Assembly: GCA_016839365.1 (NCBI GenBank)
Contig: JAEOUH010000093.1
Span: 1 to 13,460 of the forward strand
DNA from: Candidatus Hermodarchaeota archaeon
GTDB lineage: Archaea > Asgardarchaeota > Hermodarchaeia > Hermodarchaeales > Hermodarchaeaceae
DNA length: 13,460 nucleotides
Reading direction: 5' to 3'
Positions 1 to 8,358 of this stretch are shown piece by piece (the stretch's first letter is position 1; the number at the start of each line of letters is the position of its first letter). A program made the translations under genes and the position numbers. The notes under the pieces were generated by a model that worked only from the letters and a program-made list of their open reading frames with translations, had not been told where the DNA came from and ran no database searches.

Positions 1-3000
1 GACGTTTCAACGGATTTTTCCATTACTTTACCCGTTAATTGGAATATCGCCATCAACGCTTCGTTTGGCAGTCTTACTGCAAATCCAGTTGTCTTAGATG
101 TAGAAACTGCTGACTCCACAATTGATGGCAGCCATACTATTCGAGCAGGCATGAGTTTCCAGATTACAAATTCTTGTTATTTGCACAGCGTTATGGTTCG
201 CGTTGAGGCAGGTCTATTTGATCTGCTGGACATTGTAGACGATTTGTATGTATGGATATATAATGCAACTAACGACAGCGGGCGACCTAAGCCACACATG
301 CCTTGGTCTACAAGAGTGTTCAAAAATCTGGGAGATTCGACTGACACATTCGATGGATGGATCAATGCCACTTGGGGATCCTCAGTCCTCCTGAATTCCT
401 CAACGACCTATAATGGCTATTATTTTGCTGTGTTAGTGCCCGAATCTGGAGCTACAGTGTCGTGGCAATTTCGTACAGACGCATCGAATGGTGATAATGG
501 ATATGCATGGCGAGGCACAGGATCCTGGGGAACCGACCCTATCCCCGTTGATTATTTCCTGAATGTTTCTCTGTTGCCCATGGGAGCCTCACCTAAACCA
601 AGTCAGGTTTCAATGCAGGTCAATGGTTCATCGGTGACTGATGCCCTTGGTAATGCAGGGTGGTGGACGTCCTCTTTTACAGCTTCAAGTTCTCCGACAC
701 TGTTCAATGTAACCGCAACTTGGCCAATTACCTTCGATTATACTTATATCGCCCTTTTCACCCAAATTTTGGTTGGTACAACAAACTACCAAACTGACTA
801 TCAACTTTCTCTTGCTAGCTGGAACATTACTACGTCTGTGTCTTTTCCCAATGTGAACGCAGACGCCAATAGCCGCACCATCAACTTCTCCATACCAGCA
901 CATTGGAAGATTCAAACCCTCCTGAACGGGACCACCGTGAAATCAATAACCGACTACAAAGACAACAGCACTAATCCTGGCTCACCAGGATACCTCTTCA
1001 TTGACGAGCCCACCGGTGCAGGAAACGGTACCTTATGGCGGGCGGTTTCTTCGGATCTCAATTACGTGCAAACACCTGTTATCCAACGTAGCGCACTTGA
1101 TGTTACTGGTCAACAAGTCAATATCACAGACACACTGGCGGTTTCGGCGCAAGTTTCCACATTTACCGATGGTCAAGGACGATTCAACCCCTACGATGAG
1201 CTTGGGGTTTCGCTGAACGAATGGCTGCAGACACCAGATGGGGGAGGATTACTGAACTTTACATCCTTCACCCCATCATCTTATGCCATAACGAACGTAA
1301 CCATGCGATGTGAAGTCGTATGGAGCAATAGCTTTCATGCCGGAGTCGGACTGAGTAGTGTAGATTTGTTGTATCCAACAGTGGTGACCGGCACTCCATC
1401 AGCTTACACGAGCCTCATAGGCGACATGGTCAACATTTCAGTTTACTATGAGGATACATACAACACGGCGGGTATCCCGAACGCAGAGGTTAATATCACC
1501 TTCAGCGGATCCACATATTCCCTCACCGATCGTGGAGCCGGTTATTATTGGTCACTCTTAGATACAGGGGCTATGGGACTTGGGCGGGGAGTGCACTCAG
1601 GTTCTGTGAGTGCCGACCGACTGGGCTATTCGGGCAGTTTAACCTCGGTTTCATTGACCCTCTGGTCTAAGACACAACTAGTGGCTAACTTTACATCACT
1701 GACAATTAGCTATGCGGATAGCGTCGTATTAGAAGTGAATTATTCGGTTCTAACACCGCTTGGCGAAGGTGGCATCCTTGGAGCCCAAGTCAACATTTCC
1801 GAATCGGGAATTGTCTTAAGTGCTCTGACTGAGGCGGGAGGTGGTAATTATACGGTCCTCCTTAGTGGTATGAGCCTTGACGTTGGTGTACACAATCTCA
1901 TCGTGAACGCATCAAAGCCCGGAGAACTCTATCAAAACAACACTTTGCTTGTGATCCTAACTGTAACCGGAGAACCAACCACAATTACAGGAACCGCTCC
2001 CTCAAGCGTCGATGGTGGGACCGCATTTAACGTGTCCATAGATTATCTGTTCCTAAATGGAACTGGAATTACAGGAGCCAGTATCTCCTGTCTACTAAAT
2101 GATTCACCATTCCTTGGCTTTGCGCTCTTTGATTTAGCGAATGGAACCTACAAAGCACAATTTGTGCTCAATGTGAGTGGAAGTCCAGCCACATTTAACA
2201 TTAGCTTAACGGCCTCACGAGGTGGGTTCGATGCCGCCTCCTATGATGCCTTAGTTGATGTTTTGATTCGCCCTACCACGGTTTCTGTGCAAGTGCTTTC
2301 AGCTTCACCCGTCGTATACAACGCGCCGTTTCAGATTCGAGTAACATACCAGGATATGTTGGCTGTAGGAGTTATTGGTGCTGTGGTGGATGGGAACTGG
2401 TCAACGGTGATTTCCGTTGACAATCTTGATGGCACCTATACGGTTACCTGCCAAACCACTGGAATGGCTGCGGGCTGGTGGACTATCAGTTTCAACATCA
2501 CCGTCATCAACTATGACACGCAATACTTCAGTGAAACGTTTTACCTTGTCTGGAGCACTTCCCTTACCCCCCAAGGCGGGGACTACAGTCCAACTGACTA
2601 TGAAAACGAAAACATAACTTTAGAAGTCACCTTTTGGGATTCCAGCAACAGTGTGGGGATTGCTGGGGCGACGGTTTGGACCATTTTTCAATCTGTGACC
2701 CATAACTTCCTCTCCATGGGGAGTGGAGTCTACCAACTGACATTGAATTTAACAGGTGTTACCCCCGCAACTTATCCGTTAATTGTGTATGCACAGCGAC
2801 CGAACTATGAAAACCAATCGATAGGCTTGAACTTGGGAGTTCTTGCAAAGCTCACACCTTCATTGACTGTGACCCTACCACAAGGAATTGTTGAGGGAAC
2901 TGAGGTTGCAGTAAGAGTGGATCTAACCTTTGCCAATGCCACGCCTATTACAGGCGCTACAATCAACCTGACTGTCTGGGTGGATTATCAGAATGGAACT

Positions 3001-4050
3001 ATCTTGGTTTTGTACTCACAAATAGTCACTACTGACAATCTAGGTTCACGTATTGTCATTGTTCAACTCGTGCCCTACTCCGAGGAGGAGTGGGGCAGCG
3101 GGACCTTTGAGCCCTACCTTTGGGCATCAGCAGACTTCGCGGGTACCCGTGCCCTGGCGGGATCAACAGATGTTACCTCTGAGCCGATTTCACCACGGTT
3201 CAATCCCTGGCCGTGGTGGGTTTATCTACTCGTGACTCTTCTACCTTTCATCGTCATCTTCATCTTCATAATTATAATCAGTTGGGCATACTATGCAAAG
3301 CGGGTTAAGCCACGACGATTGGCCCAACAACAAGCCCTTGAACAAAGCGCAGGAGTCTGGGCGCAACGCATGATGGGCTTGATGAACCTGCGCGCCCTCT
3401 TCGTGACCTACTCGAAAACGGGATTACCCATTTTTACGTATGATTTCGCTGGTGGCGAGATGCCCAGTACTTTGTTATCTGGATTTCTTAGTGCTGTCAA
3501 TGCATTTTATAGCGAGCTCTCGGGTGAATTAGACCGTGAATCCCAGCTCCGTGATATCCACTACAAAGACCTGCATTTGAGCTTACGTGAAGGAAAGTAT
3601 GTTGTCAGTGTCCTCATTCTTGATTCATCACCCAGCGAGGTGTTGACCCAGTCGCTAGCAGAGTTTACCTCAAATTTTGAAGTGCGTTTTCGAAAGGATT
3701 TGGCGACCTTCGAAGGACGTATTGATGTCTTCGACGAAGCTACTGAAATTGTTGAATCAAGTTTTCATGGCGAATTGTTGCTGGCCTACGAATGTGTGAA
3801 GACACCTTCACGGGGATTTGCCCGGAAAATCTACGAGTTAGGTATTGAACTTGCCAATGAGGAAAGGCGTATTTATCTTCCTCAGCTGTTTGTGGCCGCC
3901 ATTGAAAAATATGGAGAGAAGAAGAAATTCGACATCGCCAATGCCCTTGAACAGCTTCATGAACAGGGATGTTTCGCTCCTTCAAATGCGAACACTGCTG
4001 CACAATCAGAAAAATCGGATAATTCAAGTGACCCCTCCGTATTTTTCTAA
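1..4050 (+). CDS. Large single-pass cell-surface glycoprotein (5'-partial): extracellular Ig-like repeats, TM helix, cytoplasmic longin/roadblock-like domain and probable C-terminal winged helix
   Basis: Frame 1 has no stop from base 1 to the ATG at 151, so the gene starts upstream of the window. The ectodomain is S/T/N/G-rich with >30 NxS/T sequons. A hydrophobic stretch WWVYLLVTLLPFIVIFIFIIIISWAYY (~3214-3294) is followed by basic KRVKPRR. The tail LFVTYSKTGLPIF..LLSGFLSAVNAFYSEL..FEVRF..FEGRIDVF matches the pattern of Asgard longin-like domains. Confidence 0.85.
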   Translation, partial: DVSTDFSITLPVNWNIAINASFGSLTANPVVLDVETADSTIDGSHTIRAGMSFQITNSCYLHSVMVRVEAGLFDLLDIVDDLYVWIYNATNDSGRPKPHMPWSTRVFKNLGDSTDTFDGWINATWGSSVLLNSSTTYNGYYFAVLVPESGATVSWQFRTDASNGDNGYAWRGTGSWGTDPIPVDYFLNVSLLPMGASPKPSQVSMQVNGSSVTDALGNAGWWTSSFTASSSPTLFNVTATWPITFDYTYIALFTQILVGTTNYQTDYQLSLASWNITTSVSFPNVNADANSRTINFSIPAHWKIQTLLNGTTVKSITDYKDNSTNPGSPGYLFIDEPTGAGNGTLWRAVSSDLNYVQTPVIQRSALDVTGQQVNITDTLAVSAQVSTFTDGQGRFNPYDELGVSLNEWLQTPDGGGLLNFTSFTPSSYAITNVTMRCEVVWSNSFHAGVGLSSVDLLYPTVVTGTPSAYTSLIGDMVNISVYYEDTYNTAGIPNAEVNITFSGSTYSLTDRGAGYYWSLLDTGAMGLGRGVHSGSVSADRLGYSGSLTSVSLTLWSKTQLVANFTSLTISYADSVVLEVNYSVLTPLGEGGILGAQVNISESGIVLSALTEAGGGNYTVLLSGMSLDVGVHNLIVNASKPGELYQNNTLLVILTVTGEPTTITGTAPSSVDGGTAFNVSIDYLFLNGTGITGASISCLLNDSPFLGFALFDLANGTYKAQFVLNVSGSPATFNISLTASRGGFDAASYDALVDVLIRPTTVSVQVLSASPVVYNAPFQIRVTYQDMLAVGVIGAVVDGNWSTVISVDNLDGTYTVTCQTTGMAAGWWTISFNITVINYDTQYFSETFYLVWSTSLTPQGGDYSPTDYENENITLEVTFWDSSNSVGIAGATVWTIFQSVTHNFLSMGSGVYQLTLNLTGVTPATYPLIVYAQRPNYENQSIGLNLGVLAKLTPSLTVTLPQGIVEGTEVAVRVDLTFANATPITGATINLTVWVDYQNGTILVLYSQIVTTDNLGSRIVIVQLVPYSEEEWGSGTFEPYLWASADFAGTRALAGSTDVTSEPISPRFNPWPWWVYLLVTLLPFIVIFIFIIIISWAYYAKRVKPRRLAQQQALEQSAGVWAQRMMGLMNLRALFVTYSKTGLPIFTYDFAGGEMPSTLLSGFLSAVNAFYSELSGELDRESQLRDIHYKDLHLSLREGKYVVSVLILDSSPSEVLTQSLAEFTSNFEVRFRKDLATFEGRIDVFDEATEIVESSFHGELLLAYECVKTPSRGFARKIYELGIELANEERRIYLPQLFVAAIEKYGEKKKFDIANALEQLHEQGCFAPSNANTAAQSEKSDNSSDPSVFF
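1372..3190 (+). repeat. About six degenerate tandem ~95-100 aa Ig-like repeats (protein-level repeat)
   Basis: Recurring motif G/P-I/V-x-G/N-A-x-V/I ... GxY: GIPNAEV..GAGYY, GILGAQV..GGGNY, GITGASI..ANGTY, GVIGAVV..LDGTY, GIAGATV..GSGVY, PITGATI. Boundaries are approximate. Confidence 0.7.
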
Positions 4051-4132
4051 AGAATAGCACTATCTTGACTGGATCTTTTCGTGGCCTGCGTGCTCAAGAA
4101 GTTTTTTCAATAAAAAGTATTAAGGTTGGTAG

Positions 4133-4918
4133 ATGAATGGAGTAGGAACCCGTATGTTTCAGAAGCGATCCACAGCCGCAAAAGTAGCAATTCTCGATAT
4201 CCAAGACGGGGATTTGATAGCCAACGATCAGGGGAACGTAGTGGGTGTTGAGACGTTTCTTGGTCCAGTGAGCCGAGTCAACATTATTGCCACTGTTGTG
4301 GACCGATATCAGGCCACACAGGACCGTCTGAATGAAGAAGGAAAGGGATTTGCAACGATTACCCTAGATGATGGAACTGGAGTAATTCGGGCAAAAATGT
4401 GGGGAGAGCTAGCAGCTACACTAGCGGACATTAAGATTGGCGATTTGGTCTTAGTGGTTGGCCGGATTCGCAGTTTTCAGGACGAAACCTACATCAATGG
4501 CGAACTAATTCGACGATTAGAGGACCCAAACTGGGAAATGGTTCGACTCTTGGAACTGAGGCGGTCACGGATTAACCCCCATCGACTACAGGGGCAGGTT
4601 AGTACCGCATCCCCGATCACGATGATTGATGAAAGCCCCCCTGAAGCTGGGAGGCAAAAAGATTTGGAGCCGGGTGTATGGCACACGGCGACAGCCACAT
4701 TAGAAGAACCTGATGATTCGATGACTCCAACGCCGGAACTTCGCCGAATTGTACTGGATACTATCCAAAAGTATGATGCTGATGGTGGAGCCCGGTTTGA
4801 ACAAATCCTCGATGTAACCGGTGATGTGAACGAGGAAGTAGTTGAACAGGTGCTCATTGACCTGCTCAGCGAAGGCGAAGTGTATGAGCCAGAAATCCAC
4901 CGATACAAGAAATCCTGA
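4133..4918 (+). CDS. rpa2: Replication protein A RPA2/RPA32-like subunit (OB fold, linker, C-terminal winged helix)
   Basis: OB-fold motifs SRVNIIATVV, TLDDGTGVIRAKMW and GDLVLVVGRIRSF, then DPNWE. The C-terminal LLSEGEVYEP..HRYK is typical of the RPA32 winged helix. ATG 4154 is an alternative start. Confidence 0.8.
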   Translation: MNGVGTRMFQKRSTAAKVAILDIQDGDLIANDQGNVVGVETFLGPVSRVNIIATVVDRYQATQDRLNEEGKGFATITLDDGTGVIRAKMWGELAATLADIKIGDLVLVVGRIRSFQDETYINGELIRRLEDPNWEMVRLLELRRSRINPHRLQGQVSTASPITMIDESPPEAGRQKDLEPGVWHTATATLEEPDDSMTPTPELRRIVLDTIQKYDADGGARFEQILDVTGDVNEEVVEQVLIDLLSEGEVYEPEIHRYKKS

Positions 4919-5080
4919 AAGGAACCAAACCCTTTTGAGCGCAACTTGCGTCAACCAACTAACAGATCACTGGTCCAAACCCTTAGTGGATTCAAAATCT
5001 CGTACAACTATTTGCTAAAAACAGAGATTTTATGAAGCCACGAAGCCATGATTTGGATGCATATTGTGAGGCGAACCTAC

Positions 5081-5668
5081 GTGCCCTCGGAAACCACGAA
5101 GAAACCATCGGCAGCAAAACCCAAAACGACTAAATCAGCTAAGAAGGCTCCTAGTCCTAAAAAGACGAAAGCGAAGACTACCACAAAGATCGTCAAGCCA
5201 ACAACAGCCTCAAAGCCTAAGAGACCCCCAGTGAAACCGAAAGAACCGCTGATAGATGCCCGTATGGACGATTATGAAGCACTCTTGAAGCGTGCGCGTG
5301 ATCAAATTCCTCCAGAGGTCTTTGATCAACCGAGGTTTAGTGTCCCCAAAGTTGACTCCTTCATTCAAGGGGCACGAACCGTTGTACGGAACTTCAAAGA
5401 TCTCACAGACACGCTCCGCCGGGACCCGAAGCACCTGCTACGGTATCTCTCCCATGAACTTGCCACAGCCGGCGAAATTCGCAGTCCACAGGCCATCTTC
5501 AATGGACGATTTACCTCCCGTGTATTAGATGAGCTTATGGAGAAATATACCGAAGAGTATGTTGTCTGTCCCGTGTGTCAACGACCTGATACTGAAATGC
5601 GTCGTGAGGATCGCCTTTTAGTATTGGTCTGTAGCGCCTGTGGCGGACGAACACCGCTACGGGGCTAG
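5081..5668 (+). CDS. eif2b: Translation initiation factor 2 subunit beta (aIF2beta) with a Lys-rich N-terminal extension
   Basis: Core MDDYEALLKRA..RF..TVVRNF..LRRDPKHL..ELATAG..EYVVCPVCQRPDT..CSACG with a C2-C2 zinc ribbon. GTG 5081 is preferred because SD-like GAGGCGA lies at 5068-5074. The ORF track start is 5048 and the canonical-length start would be ATG 5264. Confidence 0.93.
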   Translation: MPSETTKKPSAAKPKTTKSAKKAPSPKKTKAKTTTKIVKPTTASKPKRPPVKPKEPLIDARMDDYEALLKRARDQIPPEVFDQPRFSVPKVDSFIQGARTVVRNFKDLTDTLRRDPKHLLRYLSHELATAGEIRSPQAIFNGRFTSRVLDELMEKYTEEYVVCPVCQRPDTEMRREDRLLVLVCSACGGRTPLRG

Positions 5669-5686
5669 CTCCGTGAAAATGGATGG

Positions 5687-5992
5687 ATGTACATGCGAGT
5701 CTATCTCAATCAAATGCACCGTCAAGGCGAATACATCGTGGCGATTTGCGATCAAAATATTCTAGGTGAATCCTTTGAAGAAGGAGACCTTTGTATCCAT
5801 GTAAGTGAGCAGTTCTATAAAGGAAGGCTAGTCACTATCGAAGAAGGAATAGCAGCCATGGAGAAAGCCACCATCGCTAATATCGTTGGCGAAAACATCG
5901 TTAATGAAGCACTGAAGGCACAGCTCATTCACGAACGAGGTATAATTCGCATCCAAAATATCCCCCATGCCCAAGTAGTTGTGACGAAATGA
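5687..5992 (+). CDS. DUF424 family protein
   Basis: VAICD..LG..F..V.E.FY.G...ATIANIVG...IPHAQ pattern, in its usual position next to aIF2beta and NMD3. Confidence 0.88.
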   Translation: MYMRVYLNQMHRQGEYIVAICDQNILGESFEEGDLCIHVSEQFYKGRLVTIEEGIAAMEKATIANIVGENIVNEALKAQLIHERGIIRIQNIPHAQVVVTK

Positions 5993-5998
5993 GATACC

Positions 5999-7093
5999 AT
6001 GACCCACCAATGTCCAAAATGCGGTAAGGCTCCGACGAAAGCCCACCCATTTGTTGACGGCTTCTGCACCACCTGTTATTTTGAGCAACATCCATTAATT
6101 GCCCTTCGCCGATCTCCAGAACCACGAATTTGTCCCCGATGTAATGCATACTTCCTCAAAAGGCAGTGGGTTCATCAAATGAATCAGACCAATGAGGAGC
6201 ATTTTCAGGAATTAATCCATGCTCTCCTCGACCCGTTACTCGCCCCTAGCCAACCTGCGTCGTTTGAAGTGCATCTCCATGAACTTCCCGAGGGACCACT
6301 CTCGAAGTTAAAAGAACTATCCGTTGAGATTATAGCACATGCCAATGATTTCACATATACCGAGCAAAAAGACATCGCGATTCCAGTTAGTTTTACTCTC
6401 TGTAACCAGTGTCAGCAAACAGCGGGAGGGTATTTTGAAGCGGTATTACAGATCCGTTCTGCAACTGGAAAAATCGCACCTGAGCGAATCGACCAGATTG
6501 TAGAATTTGTCAATCAACGGCTTCTTGCCCAAAACCTACCTTCATCAACATTGAAACTGTCTGAGACTCGAGGGGGATTTGATATCAAATGCACTTCAGG
6601 TCGGATTTGTCGATTTCTTGCAAAGAATTTAGCCGAACAGTTTGGGCTAACTCAAAAAGTAGCTACCAAAGTGGTTGGACGAACCCGTGATGGGAAAAAC
6701 CTTCAGCGTGACACCTACTCACTCCGATTTCCCCTAATCCAAGTGGGAGATATGATCGCCTACAAGGAAAACCCGTTTTTAGTCACCGGACTCAGAAATG
6801 GTCGCTACATACTCACAAATGTGGAATCGTCCCATCGAGAAAGCTTGAGCCCAAAGGAGTTGAGCGAAATCGATGTCGAGTTTCTCAACGACGAAATCCA
6901 AACCTTTCAGGTTATCTCTGTGGAAGGGGATGTCGTTCAGTTGATGAGCCATGAGGATTATTCGCTCTATGATATTCCACGACCTAACCGAGAAATGATA
7001 ATTGGTTCCCTAGTATCTGCCATTGAATGGAAAAACCGAATCGTCCTCATAGCCGAGGATGAGGATTGGGCGGTCGAAAAAGGCAGCGAGTGA
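5999..7093 (+). CDS. nmd3: NMD3 family ribosome biogenesis protein
   Basis: Four CxxC pairs (CPKC, CTTC, CPRC, CNQC), GYFEAVLQIR, GGFDI, KVVGRTRDGK, and an eIF5A-like C-terminal region (QVISVEGDVVQLM). Confidence 0.92.
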   Translation: MTHQCPKCGKAPTKAHPFVDGFCTTCYFEQHPLIALRRSPEPRICPRCNAYFLKRQWVHQMNQTNEEHFQELIHALLDPLLAPSQPASFEVHLHELPEGPLSKLKELSVEIIAHANDFTYTEQKDIAIPVSFTLCNQCQQTAGGYFEAVLQIRSATGKIAPERIDQIVEFVNQRLLAQNLPSSTLKLSETRGGFDIKCTSGRICRFLAKNLAEQFGLTQKVATKVVGRTRDGKNLQRDTYSLRFPLIQVGDMIAYKENPFLVTGLRNGRYILTNVESSHRESLSPKELSEIDVEFLNDEIQTFQVISVEGDVVQLMSHEDYSLYDIPRPNREMIIGSLVSAIEWKNRIVLIAEDEDWAVEKGSE

Positions 7094-7096
7094 GCA

Positions 7097-7132
7097 GTTT
7101 TATATAGATGGCTTCCCGTTGTAGCCCATCTA
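7097..7132 (+). promoter_or_regulatory. Putative TATA box of aIF1A followed by an inverted repeat
   Basis: TTTTATATAG at 7098-7107 lies upstream of SD-like GGAG and ATG 7149. Inverted repeat TAGATGG (7105-7111) / CCATCTA (7126-7132). Confidence 0.5.
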
Positions 7133-7148
7133 GTCTTGGAGTATTATA

Positions 7149-7499
7149 ATGTCGAAACCTAAACGAAAAGGAAAAGGCAGAGGGGGTCGCAGCCTTAAAG
7201 GCCAGTCCCGCCAAGACGGGGAAGTCATTCGTGTCCGGATCCCCCGTGAAGGCGAAGTCCTCGGTATTGCTGTCCAATTGCTCGGCTATGATCGAGTCCG
7301 CGTTAAATGCGCTGATGGAAAAGCACGACTCTGCCGGATTCGTGGAACCTTGAAGAAACGCGTTTGGATACGTGAAAATGATGTCGTTCTCGTCGCACCG
7401 TGGGATTTCCAAACTGATCAACGTGGTGATATCATTTGGCGATACTCCCAGGGTGAAGCTGGGTGGCTGGAGCGACGGGGTTACCTGAAAATTGAATAA
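7149..7499 (+). CDS. eif1a: Translation initiation factor 1A (aIF1A)
   Basis: [62 protein letters not shown] is the aIF1A signature. Confidence 0.96.
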   Translation: MSKPKRKGKGRGGRSLKGQSRQDGEVIRVRIPREGEVLGIAVQLLGYDRVRVKCADGKARLCRIRGTLKKRVWIRENDVVLVAPWDFQTDQRGDIIWRYSQGEAGWLERRGYLKIE

Positions 7500-7551
7500 A
7501 CTCACCTCAGCAGATTCGCTTTTTATCACCCATATGAAAAATATTACCACC

Positions 7552-8253
7552 ATGTTAGTTCTTGGACTCATCGAATCGTCGATCGAACTAGTTCCAGAGA
7601 AGCTAGCCACTGATACGGCGGTTACAGCCAGCGCCCAGTTACGTGGAAAACCTCCCAACCAAATTTTGCTTGACGAGAGCCTTCACTCAAACGCAGTTCG
7701 CACCCTTCCCGATTCTCAAAAGCGAGGCCGCCCAGATGTTGTCCATCGGTGCTTGCTTACCGCATTAGACAGTGTGTTGGCGAAATCGGGCCATCTTGAG
7801 GTATTCGTGCACACTATTACCGGAGAAATCATTCAAATAGCCACTAGCACCCGATTACCCCGTCGAACACAACGGTTTGTTGGTCTCATGGAACAATTAC
7901 TATTGCATAAACGGGTTCCCCTAGAAGGCGACCCATTACTCCAAATAGTTCCAGGAAACCTAGAAATGTACCTCAGATCTATCGTCCCAAGCCAAACGTT
8001 TCTGCTTTCATTAGAGGGAACGCCTATGTCACCAACACGTTTAGCAAAGACCCTCGTAAAGGAAACAAAACCCGTGGTGCTTATGGGGGGATTTGCACAC
8101 GGGGAAGTGAATCCAAGAGTATTGGAGCTTGTTGATCAGCAGATCAGTATTGATCCAGAACTCCTTGCCGCTTCTACTGTTGTGGGTATGATAGTGCACA
8201 GTATCGAAGCAGTACTTGACCTGAGTGCACATCGGTTCAGTGATGCGAAATGA
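7552..8253 (+). CDS. nep1: 16S rRNA pseudouridine N1-methyltransferase Nep1/Emg1 (SPOUT family)
   Basis: Motifs ESSIELVP, LLDESLH, RGRPDVVHRCLL, TRLPR..RFVGLMEQLL and GGFAHG. ATG 7552 (MLVLGL) fits the usual family N-terminus and follows a TATA-like TTTTATCA at 7521-7528. The ORF track start is TTG 7492. Confidence 0.93.
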   Translation: MLVLGLIESSIELVPEKLATDTAVTASAQLRGKPPNQILLDESLHSNAVRTLPDSQKRGRPDVVHRCLLTALDSVLAKSGHLEVFVHTITGEIIQIATSTRLPRRTQRFVGLMEQLLLHKRVPLEGDPLLQIVPGNLEMYLRSIVPSQTFLLSLEGTPMSPTRLAKTLVKETKPVVLMGGFAHGEVNPRVLELVDQQISIDPELLAASTVVGMIVHSIEAVLDLSAHRFSDAK

Positions 8254-8358
8254 TACGTTTTGAAGGGAAACAACAACCTTTATCAACCGAGGATTGGCGC
8301 TACCATCCGCACCCTGAGGATTTAGTCTGAGGCCGTTGTAAAGAGGAGGTGAAAAATC

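Noticed and set aside
151-153. ATG 151 as the start of the large surface protein
   Set aside because: The frame is open back to base 1 and no signal peptide follows this ATG, so the true start is upstream.
7492-7551. N-terminal extension of Nep1 from TTG 7492
   Set aside because: Family similarity begins at ATG 7552 and the extra segment contains a TATA-like box.
8285-8305. AACCGAGGATTGGCGCTACCA resembles the 3' end of an initiator-type tRNA (…GGCGCTACCA), suggesting a split-tRNA half or att remnant
   Set aside because: There is no T-stem partner or TTCRA loop upstream, no matching tRNA in the window and no integrase. It is probably chance.
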